This document shows, piece after piece, positions 24,437-37,900 of a stretch of DNA of 64,000 nt (the first letter of the stretch is position 1; each line of letters opens with the position of its first letter). This DNA is from Octopus vulgaris. Taxonomy: Eukaryota. Below the pieces are notes generated by a model. That model saw nothing but the letters and a program-made list of their open reading frames with translations. It did not search any database and was not told the origin of the DNA. The stretch is taken from NCBI GenBank assembly GCA_951406725.2, contig OX597817.1:13082001-13146000 (forward strand), in the 5' to 3' direction. The translations under genes and the position numbers were made by a program.

Positions 24437-27400
24437 CAACGGGCTTCTTTCAGTTTCTGTCTACCAAATCCACTCACAGGGCTTTGGTCGGCCCGAGGCT
24501 ATAGTAGAAGACACTTGCCCAAGGTGCCATGCAGTGGGACTGAACCCGGAACCATGTGGTTGGTAAACAAGCTACTTACCACACAACCACTCCTCCCTAC
24601 TTTTCTCATTTTTAAAGCTAATCTAATTGTGTTAGACTGAGTAGATTCTTCTACTACCAAGCAATAATGTCCTTCATTTGACTAACCTAGGCACTACTAC
24701 ACCATTCTTTTCTCTAAGATAACTAAAGTCTTTGTTGGCTCTAGAATGTTGCATCCCTGTTTTAAGAAACATATGAAGGCATTCATTATACATCATATTT
24801 AAGCTGAAGAAGACTGATCATCAATGAATAAATGTAATTAAAATGTCAGAAATAACAAACTGTCGGCATCAGTTGTTAGTTGTCGGAGCACTGCATCCTT
24901 CAAAACTGCCATGCTTTCTGAGATTCGCCAACACCACACCTGATTTTCTCCCCTCCATACACACACAAGCATGTATCTGACTCATGCATTGTTCGCTTTC
25001 CAGACATTTGTACATTACTGCATATGCTTTATATGCACTGTCTGACAAGTTGTGGTGCACCTGAGCACTGTATACAATAATTTCATTATTATTATTATAA
25101 TACATATGAAATAACGGTGGTATCATGTCACACCTGCATTTCCTGGGTTCAAACAACAATGTCGAATGACCTCAAGAATCTTCTTTTATGAACGAAGCTA
25201 CTTTTGATGAGAAGATATTCATTATACATAAATTGGAAAAACACAACTACCAGGGAGGGTTCTCTTTTCTGATATTAGCTTTTCCTTTTGGAGTATCAAT
25301 GCAGGGAATCTGGAATCTGTTTCTGATCACCTGAGCAACTAATTACTGTGTCTATGTATTTGAACACCATATATTTAAAGTATACAGGTTACTACAATAC
25401 GATGATCATATGTTCCACAAATAGGAAATATTTTTTTCCCTCTTGCACTACACAGGATCTCACCCAAGAATAAAAAAATATTTCCACTGAGTGACTAAAT
25501 AACAGTGGTCTGACTTAGCTATTTTTTGTAGCTAGATAGGTTAAAGTATACAAATTTTGAAATATTACCAACAATGAGCTTCTCTTATTATTTCTCTTTA
25601 GGAGGTTTTGTCTCATCATTTCTAATGTTATCTTCCAGAATAGATTATAAATAAAAACTTTTAGAAGCAGCTAAGATGCAACAAGAGGCATGTGATAGAC
25701 TGTCAAAGTTCAACTCAGATACCACAGAAATGACAAACACACACTCCCATGCTTATACTTTGCTGTGTACCATGAAAGAAGCTGATGTGTAAGAAACAAG
25801 CCCCGAGGCTCCTATCAAAAGGAAAACTCCAATGCAACATGATACCTTAGAAGTTAAATGTCAGTACAATTTATACATCTGTCATGTTTTCTCATTCGTA
25901 CAAGAAACAGATATATACATGGTTTGGAGATGATGTTAAGAATACACAGATCTTTCATAGTGCTAGCTGTAGACATTTTTCTCATAACTTCTGGAGTTTA
26001 CTCAATGTTAGCATAAAGATGGATTTGATGGCAACGAGATGGACAGTGTTCAGTATTCAGGGACTAGATCGACAACATAAATCTATGATGACATAGCCCC
26101 TCAGAGCTACAATGTGTGCAATAAAGATCTAGTACAGAAGTATGTGAGACATCTCAAGGAAATACACAATCAGCTGATGTTTGTAACATGAGAAGGTTCT
26201 ACAGCAACTTAGAAACTATCTATGAATCTATTCTGGCCATAAGCATCCTAAAACGATACAGACTCTGCTGATAACTTCTTTGTCATGAATTATGTTAACA
26301 GAAATATGTCTTAAAATATTTAATACATGCTCCATTTTAATCAAATTGCCCATAAAGCAGATGTTAATGAAGACTCCATAGAGTAAGTGCTGACTGGCAA
26401 GACTTAAGCAATCGTTTTACATAGAAATAAGAATAGTTTAAGTACACCTCCATATTATACCTTCGTAAGAATAAGAACAAAGGAAAAAAAAGGCTGACAG
26501 AGTTTGTAAAATCAAAGGTTTCAGAGTTTCAATATGAAGGTGGAAACAACAATGACAAGGCATGCAACAACAGCTATGGGAACTTTATGTACATATACAT
26601 TGTGAGCCTTTTTCGTTTAAAGAAAGACTAAGCTGACACTGTACATGTATCATCAAGGTCACGCTTATAAATGGCAGTTAAGTACACTGATGTCATATCA
26701 CTTCAAAACAGTATGAAAGCATAGAAACAAATACAAAACAAAACTCCTATGATGACAATGCTCCTTGAGCTGACATAAAACAACCAGCATAAACATAATA
26801 TTAGCAAGAATAAGAGAAAAATTGTTGGGGTTTTTTTTTTTTGAAGGTTTTGTTATAGGTAGAAAGGCAGTAGCAATGACCTTTAGAGGGGCCTTGAGGG
26901 AGTGTGGGGGGGAATGAGAGGGGAAGAAACAATGATTTATGGATTACTGCTGTAAGAAGCAGCACATATGGAGATATGGAGATACTGAATTTATCTTCAG
27001 ACCAGAAAAATGATTGCATTTGAGTGGAATCCAGGGCCATGTGGTGGTGTTAAGCTGAGTGACATATTAAGTCTATCAGTCAAAAACAGGTATAATCTAT
27101 TCAATAGGTTTCCTCACAGTTAATATTTGCCAATTTCACTTAAACAATTTGAGTTAGCCTTGAGACTATAATAGAGGACATTGGCACAACATACAGCATA
27201 GCGAGATCAAATCTGGAACCATCATCATTGTTTAACGTCTGGTTTCAATGCTAGCATGGGTTGGACGATTTTGACTGAGGGCTGGCGAACCTGATGGCTG
27301 CACCAGGCTCCAATCTTTATTTGGTAGAGTTTCTACAGCTGGATGCCCTTCCTAATGCCAACCACTCCGAGAGTGTAGTGGGTGCTTTTTACGTGCCACT

Positions 27401-30126
27401 GGCACGGGGGCCAGTCAGGCGGTACTTGCAATGACCTCACTCGAATCTTTTTTAAAATGCCACCAGCACAGGTGCCAGTAAAGCGACGTTGGTAACGATC
27501 ATGCTCAAATGGTGCCCTTTTACGTGCCACCAGCATGGAAGCCAGTTGGCTGCTCTGGCAACGATCACACTCGGATGGTGCTCTTGGCACCCTACTAGCA
27601 CAGGCACAACTGCCAGTAAGGCGACACTGGTAATGATCACACTCGAATGGTGCTTTTTATGTGCCACTGGCACGGAAGCCAGTTAGCCGCTCTGTCAACG
27701 ATCACGCTCATATGGTGCTCTTTGCACCCCACTAGTATGGATGCCAGTCATCGAATGTGATTGAGAAACTGAACTTCTTAATCACATGGTTACATCTATA
27801 CTAATTATTGTAAAAACAAAGGCAGATTGAAAAAAAATATCAGAACTATAATAAAATAAATCAGAATATGAATAGTTAAGGCACAAAATTTGTTCTGGAG
27901 TTTGAAATATGTTCAACACATTTAATACGTGTGAATTAAGAGATATTATAAAAGGCTATAAATAGAAAGGATAATATCACTAAATCTTAACGGAAAATAC
28001 AAAAGAAACTATAATATATTTAGAGCTCAAATGTGAAATAGCTTCAGTATTTTAATAGACAAGTCAGTACATTATTTGACCATGTAAATCAATGTAATAA
28101 GAATGACTTCAAATGTACTTAATGCCTTGCCTGTAGCCGCATAATGTAATATAGACAACTTGACCCAGCAACACTTTCACTTTTGAAACTTTGAAATATA
28201 TATATCATCATCATCATCATCGTTTAATGTCCGTTTTCCATGCTAGCATGGGTTGGACAGTTCGACCGGGGTCTGGGACGCCAGGAGGCTGCACTGGGTT
28301 TCAGTCTGATCTGGCAATGTTTCTACAGCTGGATGCCCTTCCTAATACCAACCACTCCGAGAATGTAGTGGGTGCTTTTTACGTGCCACCAGCACAGGTG
28401 CCAGGGGAGGCTGGCAATGGCCACGATTGGTTGGTGCTTTTTATGTGCCACTGGCACGGAAGCCAGTCAAGGCGGTGCTGGCATCGGCCACGTTCAGATG
28501 GTGCTTTTTACGTGCCACCAACTCAGGTATCACAACTACAATTTCCATTTGATTTCTATTTTGATGTCGATGTACTTGACTCAATAGGTCTCCTCAAGCA
28601 CAGCAGGTTGCCTTACGATCCAAGGTAAGCACAGCAGGCCGTCTTGTGATCCAAGGCACTTTGGATGGGCTGGGGCTATATATATATATATATATATATA
28701 TATGACATTTGACTACTCTAAAATGTCTTGAATTGAGTTTTACTTGAACACAAAACCTATGTGACTAATGTAAGGGTAACTTACACACACACAGGGCATA
28801 TTTATTGATATGTTAAGGCAATATGATATCAAATATTAACATCAAAGTAAGTGAATATGTAATCCTTAACCCACTTGGTTCATTATATGGCAGAGGTACT
28901 TCAAGAAGACTTTGTTTCCACTTAATGTGGCTAAAACAAGCTTTCTACAAGTATTTTCTGTTGGATCTGAACTAAATGATATAAGCTAATGAAACAATTA
29001 TTAATTATTCAACACTGCTATTGCCAATGTTTAACTGCACCGACCACATAATAGTATGCAAATAACTTAATTTTTTGTAGGTGAAAAGCTATGTCCATAG
29101 ACACAGCTGGTAAGTGGATATGAAACAGGAGTTCTTTCATCAGAAATCTAATAATCTGCCTGAAAACCTGTTGTGTGGCTCACCTAGATAAAGGAGTGTG
29201 CATAATTAGCTGATATGTGAATGCGATAATTTGACTAAATATTCATTCATAGAATATATGTATTAGGCAAATGCATAATCATGTATTTGGCAGGTCTTTT
29301 ATGTAAATTATTAAATGTACAACTGATAACAACTGTAAGTTTTTTATTAGTCAATCCAAGAAGAAGAGCAGAGTCAATCACCTTTGCAGATTCTTTCAGA
29401 TTAACAAGAATGAAGTGCAGTTGATATGTTTGAACTTGTAAAAATTGATGCTTGCACAGGAAACTCAGACAGGAAAGAAATTCCAGAAGATTGAGCTCTA
29501 TAGAAGAATGATTGACTAAAGTGTTTAATATGAGAATTGATGAGTGAGACACTAGGAATGACAAAAGAGGCAGAGGTGAGTTTATCAGGTAGCTTGGGGC
29601 AAAGGTGATATGTGGCTTTGTTAGTTGAAAGGAAAAGAGAATGTAGTAGTAATAGTAGAAAAAATGTTTTTTGTGATGCAGTTTGTAGGATATTGGTAAG
29701 TTAATCTTTGCCAATCAGCTGAATGTGTTTCAGGATAATTGCCCATGTAACAGTTGGCAATGTCACAGACATAAAGTTAATACTCCAATGGGGATTGTGT
29801 TTGAGCAAATGATCAGAGATGAAATATTTTCTAACCCTGAAGAAGAAGCCTAGTCTTTAACCCTTTAGCATTTAAACCGGCCATATTCGGCCAAAAGTAT
29901 TCTGCTTGTTTTATGTTCAAACTGGCCATATGTGGTCTCTTACACCAACCCTACAATATTGTTTTAAAAATTAACAGCTACCTCATCAAAATCTCAAAGC
30001 TACAAGATTAATGCATGATTAGTTCAAAACAAAGTGGATGAAAAAGCATTAATTTTAGCAGAATAATGTGAACACTAAAGGGTTAAGATGCAGCATAGGC
30101 AATGTTATATGTATATGTGGATTTAT

Positions 30127-30165
<39 letters not shown>

Positions 30166-31954
30166 TACAAAGAGAAATTGTCAGAGATTGTGAAGCTTAA
30201 CATAAAACTGAAGATGAAAAAAAATATATATAAATACATAACTAAATAAAGCTACAGATTAATTAATGAGGAAAAGAGAAGAATAAGAAATCAAAGTTTT
30301 TTTTGTTTTTTTTCTCACGGGTCATTATCCAATTCTGAACAATGTTCTTTCTGGGTTGAAATAGGTTCCATAGCTGAAGACAGTGGCATCATTTGTTGAC
30401 GTGACATCAAAAAAAGTAATTCTTGTTGAAGTGAATGGCTATAATCTTTCATAGCACTCCTGAAAGAAAATAAATAACAAGGATTGTAACATTTCATCAT
30501 TATGATATTGACTGAAGCAACATTCTAGAGGTTTTATTCAACAACAAACTGCTAGCCACGAAGCAATGTATATTAGCAAAACCCCCGACTTCTAACACTG
30601 CATTTGCCTTACCAAGTGATAGGCGTATATTTGATGATACTGAATAAACCAGTAAACAGAACATGTAAAAGCAAACTTGTGAAATAAATTTAGATCTAAC
30701 AATATTTGAGGTCCAACCTATCTTTTGGATACTTTAAAGAGTAAACATAACAAAAGCATTTAAACATTTTAATAACAGAATAATAGTTCTAACTGAAACA
30801 AATGTAAGATTTAATAAAAAAAACACCATCCGAGCGTGGCGGTTCGCCAGCCTCGTCTGGCACCTGTGTCGGTGGCACATAAAAAACACCATCCGAGCGT
30901 GGCCGTTCGCCTGTGTCGGTGGCACATAAAAAGCACCATCCGAGCGTGGCCGCTCGCCAGCCTTGTCTGGCACCTGTGTCGGTGGCACATAAAAAACACC
31001 ATCCGAGCGTGGCCGTTTGCCAGCCTCGTCTGGCACCTGTGTCGGTGGCACATAAAAAGCACCCACTACACTCATGGAGTGGTTGGCGTTAGGAAGGGCA
31101 TCCAGCTGTAGAAACACTGCCAGATCAGACTGGGCCTGGTGCAGCCTCCTGGCTTCCCAGACCTCAGTTGAACCGTCCAACCCATGCTAGCATGGAAAGC
31201 GGACGTTAAACGATGATGATGATGAATATAAGATAACTAGTTACATGTAATTAAAACACTTCCTAAGAAGTAAATACAGTTTACAAAATAGAACAGATTA
31301 GTTTACTATGAGGAAGAAGAAAGATCTCATGTTTTAAAATCTCAAACTCTCCTCTTCTTCAAGGTAAACTAATTTCTTCCATTTTATGAGTGGTTAGTAT
31401 CAGGATTTTAGTCCTCTTACTGCTGTAGTAAGAGTTAATGTGTTTGTAATATATCATCTGCTTATTCATCTTAGTCTTACATAATCCCCTCCTAGATACA
31501 TTAATCCCAATAATTCCTCTCAGGAAGGTGGCAAGCTAGTATAACTGTTAGCATGCCAGGCAAAATGCTTAGCAGAAGTTCATCTGTCTTTACATTCTGA
31601 GTTCAAATTCCACTGAAGTGGACTTTGCCTTTCATCCTTTTGGGGATGATAAAATACGAATCAGTTGAGTAGGCGGGAGGGAGGGGGCGATGCAACTGAC
31701 TTCCCCCAAATTGCTAGTTGTATATATATATAGTTTGATTTAATTTGAAATCGGATTTTATTATTATCTATTTGAAAATATAGCCATGTAACGTGCGTAG
31801 TCTTTTTACTACTATTTACTATTTATTGTACTTTATTGATTTTTAGAATAAGTTTTTTTTTATAGTACATGTTTTCTATATGGTGTGAATAACATCTTTC
31901 TTTATTGAATTGTTTAATAGAGGTTTTTCTCTAAATTATATAAATACATACATA

Positions 31955-31999
<45 letters not shown>

Positions 32000-34900
32000 G
32001 GTGGGTTTCTTTCAGTTTCCATCTACCAAATCCACTCACAAGGCTTTGATTGGCCTGAGGCTTTAGTAGAAGGTGCCATGCAGTGGGACTGAACCTGGAA
32101 CCATGTAGTTGGGAAGCAAGCTTCTTACCACGCAGCCACTCCATTATTTACATACATGTTCAAAGAAACATAATTGCTCTTCCTGCATTAATTGACCATT
32201 GTCTTAGGTACCTAGCTACCCTTCTAAACTCACCTGTGCTCAGCCTTTCTTATGAATTAATATTCTATGGCCCCGAGATTGTACTAAGTTCATTCCACTC
32301 CACTTACAGCAAATCTTGCAGGCTCATTGCCCATGTTTTACTATCATATAGCATCATAAATTACGCTTCTTTCCCTTCAGTCTTACCCAGAGTACTTTCA
32401 CTAGAAGCATCCTCATCATTGTTCGACCGTGATCGAGACTTTCATAGTCTTTTCAAATGGCTAATAATGTGTGCGCGCGCCACTACTACACACATTGGAA
32501 AGCATTGTACAACCAAGTACTAAAGAAGATCTTTCCTCCTCCATGAAACAAAGCTGTTCCCGCTGGACGTCAGCCCAGTATTTCTAAGCTACGGACCGAG
32601 TGATTTATTGTAAGGTTATCTCCCTAGATAGATTGCCTTCACTACGGCTAAGGAGCCCTTTCTACCCCAGATGATGTATCTCTAGATACAGCATTTGAGT
32701 AGAAGAAATGATCTATTTCCAATTAATTATTTAAATAGTCCATGGGTCCCATTCCATTAGCTGTGTCCAGTGCATCAGAAGAAACTGAACTAAACTGGTC
32801 AATTGTCAGTCTGACATTGCATACACTAGATCAGTGGTTCCCAAACCGTGCACCGCAAGATGTAATTAGGTGCACCTCGAAAAAGTAAGATTATATTTCA
32901 AAATATGAAAAATACACACTGAAATGCACTAAAAAGTTCATATATAAATGTCAAAGTGTCAAAAAACTAAATGGAGGGAAGTACTTCGTCGGTTACGACG
33001 ATGAGGGTTCCAGTTGATCCGAATCAACAGAACAGCCTGCTCGTGAAATTAACGTGTAAGTGGCTGAGCACTTCACAGACACGTGTACTCTTAACGTAGT
33101 TCTCGGGGATATTCAGCGTGACACAGAGATTGACAAGGCCAGCCCCTTGAAATACAGGTACAACAGAAACAGGAAGTAAGAGTGAGAGAAAGTTGTGGTG
33201 AAAGAGTACAGCAGGGATCACCACCATCCCCTGTCGGAGCCTCGTGGAGCTTTTAGGTGTTTTTGCTCAATAAACACTCACAATGCCCGGTCTGGGAATC
33301 GAAACCGCGATCCTATGACCGCGAGTCCGCTGCCCTAACCACTGGGCCATTGCGCCTCCACCAAAAAAATAAATACTAAACTAAACTAAGAATGAGAGGT
33401 GGTTGTGTCATTCAATTTATTTAGGCTAATTATGGTATGACAATGTTATTCAATTTTGAATTTGAAATTTCATAAGGATAAGAACTAAATTAGCATCAAA
33501 CTATCCTAGAAATTGGTACACCACTATCATCATCGTGTAACGTCCGCTTTCCATGCTAGCATGGGTTGGACGATTTGACTGAGGTCTGGCGAACCAGATG
33601 GCTGCACCAGACTCCAATCTGATCTGGCAGAGTTTCTACAGCTGGATGCCCTTCCTAACGCCAACCACTCCGAGAGTGTAGTGGGTGCTTTTACATGCCA
33701 CCGGCACCAGGGCCAGTCAGGCGGTACTGGCAATGGCCACGCTCAAATGGTGCTTTTTATGTGCCACTTGCACAGGTGGCACATATGTTTCAGTTTATTT
33801 CAGTTGTAGCTTCAGCAGTTTTCATTTCAATAATAAATATGAAAAATAAACTATTGAACATCGTTAATATATGACATTGAACTAAATCTTTTAATATGTC
33901 CTCATGTATTGGGGGCTGTGTTTCAATCTTTTTTCATTTACATAGTGGCAAGAATTTTCATCTTTTCAATTAATTTTGAAAGACTTCTCAAAAGAGTCCG
34001 ATAATATATGACACTGCCACTTTTCACAGCTCACTGGTCACTTGTCTCAGTCTCAGTTTGATTCTGTTAGTAATCTGTGCTCTTTGTCTGAGACAATTCA
34101 TATTAACTCTTTTGTTACTAACCCGGTCAAAACCAGCTCTGGCTCTGTGGTAAAATATCTTGTTTTCATAAGTTTTGAATTAAAATCTTCCACCAAACTT
34201 TAGTCACAATTTATGTTCCTAACACTAGCTTAAAGATGACTAAGTTATTTTACTAAATTCTTTGTTGTATTTAAAATGATTGAAAGAAACACAGAACATC
34301 TCAATAGAAATACAGTAATGAAAGGGTTAACAGACTAAATTACCCATAAAATAGAAAAATTTATTAAGAGGAAACATAACCATGACAATTATGAATCTGA
34401 AAGTGAACGTTTGTTCGTTAAAAGCAACTAAGCGTAGTTATAATAATGCAAAAGTTCAACCCAATCGTTAATATTGCAATAGCTATTTAAAGTTGGGGTT
34501 TCATTGGACTGGCAATGAAGATCAACCTCTTCTACTGTATGTTGTTTGTGGTGAAAAGATGTCTAATAAAGGAATGTTGCCCAGCAAATTGAAAAGACAT
34601 TTTACAACTAAACATTCGCATCTTCAATGTAAAGATCTGAATTATTTTCAAAGACTACTAGAACAGCAATCTAAACAAAGAAACTATCTTGGAAAAAGGA
34701 TGAATGCATCTGAAAAGGCTCAAGTCGAGTTTATTGAGATAGACAAAATTATTGCACTACAAACGAAATTGCATACTTTAGCCAAGTCAATTATTTTACC
34801 TGCTTGTAGAAAGATGGTTAAAACCATGGTAGGTGATGAAGCCAAGCAAGAAATAAGCAAGAGTCTGCTCTCAAATAATACAATCCATAGGAGAATTATG

Positions 34901-37900
34901 GATTTATCTCTCGATATAGAGGAAAATGTAGAGAACAAACTTCAGAACTCAGAATTTGCTCTACAGGTTGACAAATCAACTGATATTAGCAACAAAGCAC
35001 AATTACTTACATTTATTCACTTTATTGATGGTAAACAAATCATAAATCAGTTCTCTTTTTGTGAAGAAATGCCACTCACTACAAAAGGTATTTTTATCAT
35101 TTTATCTGCCAACCTTGAAAAATTGAATTTATCCTGGAATTCTACATTGGGATATATACTGATAGAGCACCATCTATGGTAGGCTCTATTAAAGGTTTTG
35201 TATCCCTTGTACAACAGCAAAATCCTAATGTTATATGTATTCATTGCTTCCTACATAGGGAGGTACTAGTTTCAAAAACAATACCAGTTGAGTTAAAGCA
35301 ATTATTAAACCAAGTTGTTGAAATAGTTATTCATATTAAAAGTAGTCCATTGAAATGTTGCTTATTTGAACAAATTTGTATTGATATGGACTCCCAGCAC
35401 AAGCGCTTACTTTTACACACAAAAGTCAGATGGCTCTCAAAATGTAAGGTGCTACGTTGCATACATGAATTCCAGAAGGAATTGCATGCATTTTTTAAAG
35501 AAGAAAAACATGAAGGCTTCTTGGAATATCTACAAAGTGAATTTTGGATTTCCAAGCTGGAATATTTAACAGAGATATTTGCACAACTTAATAGCGTCAA
35601 CACAAGTATACAAGGTAGAGATAAAAACATTCTCACTTCAACAAACAAGCTGGTTTCATATAAAAATAAAGTTATAATTTGGAATAATAGAGCTGAAAGT
35701 GATAACTTCAAAATGTTTCCCTTAATGCATAAAAGAAATGACTCCTATTGCATTTGAACATCTGACAAATCTGGAAGAAAAAAAAATTTTTCTTTTTTGT
35801 CATTGAACACAGAAGAGTATGATTGAGTTTTAAATCTTTTCATAAAAATTCCATTTTAATATTGGTCTGAAAATATGTGAAGAAGAGGAATTGGCATCTA
35901 TATCCAATGATCAAGAATGGTGAGTTAACTACTGATACATTTTGAATTGCTGTTATGGAAGAAAACTCCTCAGTAGCAAAAAAGCTTTATCAAAATCATA
36001 ATCTATCAACATCAATGGAATTTGTAGCTGTGATACCAGTGCCGGTGGCACGTAAGAGAACCATCCAAACGTGGCCGTAGCCAGCGCCGCCCGACTGGCC
36101 TCCGTGCCTGTGGTACGTAAAAAGCACCATCCGACCATGGCCGTTGCCAGCCTCGTCTGGTCCCCATGCTGGTGGCGCGTAAAAAGCACCATCCGATCGT
36201 GGCCGTTTGCCAGCCTCGTCTGGCACCTGTGCCGGTGGCATGAAAAAAGCACCCACTACACTCATGGAGTGGTTGGCATTAGGAAGGGCATCCAGCTGTA
36301 GAAACACTGCCAGATCAGACTGTGTCTGGTGCAGCCTTCTGGCTTCCCAGACCCCAGTCGAACCGTCCAACCCATGCCAGCATGGAAAGCGAACGTTAAA
36401 TGATGATGATGATGATGATGATGATGCAGTTTTCCACATCGTATTTATATGAGTTGGGATTTTCAGCCTTCAATAACATCAAATCCAAAACATGAGAGAG
36501 GCTCTGTTGCATCAAAGAAGAAATGAGGGTTTGTCTTTCTGAAATATGCCCTAATATTGAAAATATTTCCCAAAACTGTCAAGCGCATGTTTCTTATTGA
36601 TAACTTCACTTCATATATTGAATAAAGAGTAAGTACATGCAAATTTTCTGTATTTTTAATTATCTATATATTACCTTATAGTTTATACTTAGTTAATATA
36701 TATATAAAACCCCATCTGAATAAATTTTAGAATTTATGTACAAAGAAAGCCAAAATATTTTGACTTCTTGAAAGGTGTGCCATGAGTAAAAAAAAAGTTT
36801 AGGAACCACTGCACTAGATAAACAGCATTAAGTTCCTTCTGCCTTGCTTCCAATTGATTAACAATTTTGAAGATAGCCCTGATCAACTTTTAAACCTTTT
36901 CTGTAGATATTCTTTTATAGATTCTGTAATGAAACTTAGATCATCAAGAAATAAAATTTCCTACAGATATTTAACCCTAAACTCCTGGCCATGAGTGCCA
37001 GCATTATTACTATAGCCATAGCCAGTATCGCATCGACTGGCCTCTGTGCTGAGGGCACATAACAAACACCATCCGAGTGTGGCCGTTCGCCAGCCTTGTC
37101 TGGCACATGTGTCGGTGGCACATAAAAACACCATCCGAGCGTGGCCGTCTGCCAGCCTCGCCTGGCACCTGTGTCGGTGGCACATAAAATCACCCACTAC
37201 ACTCTCGGAGTGGTTGGCGTTAGGAAGGGCATCCAGCTGTAGAAACACTGCCAGATCTGACTGGCCTGGTGCAGCCTTCGAGCTTGCCAGACCCCAGTTG
37301 AACTGTCCAACCCATGCTAGCATGGAAAGCGGACGTTAAACGATGATGATGATGATGTATTGTGATCCTTGGTAAAGCCTATTTTCGGCTACCAAGTTAA
37401 TATTAGGTACTACTTCTACTTGATGGTTAGGAAGTTGAAGTATGTCTATGTATCATAAAATCACTCTGCACAAAATGCTGATGTCTAAATTTCCCAACTT
37501 TGCAGGCATAAAAAAAAATGCATGTGAAACAGAAAAACATTTCATAGTAGATTCATAAATTTATGAAAATATAATCTTATATGCGTACAATTGTCCTTGT
37601 AACTCTATTATCACAGATTCCAGTTGACATCTTTCTCGAATTCCATCCGATTCCATAGACCGTAGCGTCTCAACATGCTTTTCATACTGCTTATGAATTT
37701 CATGAAGTTGGTCCTCTCTTAACCGAACAAGTTCTTCAAAGTATCCCTGCAAAGAACAATAAAATGTGGATAAAAAACAACTCTATCTTCATTAGTTTTA
37801 AATTTTTGTAATCTCAGTTAATAAACTAATATAGTTTGAAATTACAATTGATTTTTCTTTTTTGTCAAAGTTACTAAGCTTTTTTGATAGAGAGTAACAA

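Larger units (their letters stand above)
32832..36811 (+). mobile_element. hAT (Buster/Charlie group) DNA transposon, decayed, with nested insertions
   Basis: TIRs cagtggttcccaaac / gtttaggaaccactg; perfect 8-bp TSD cactagat at 32824-32831 and 36812-36819. Confidence 0.92.

Noticed and set aside
34493-35757. Domesticated ZBED/FAM200-like host gene
   Set aside because: Frameshifts, stops, nested insertions and intact TIR/TSD show it is a dead transposon
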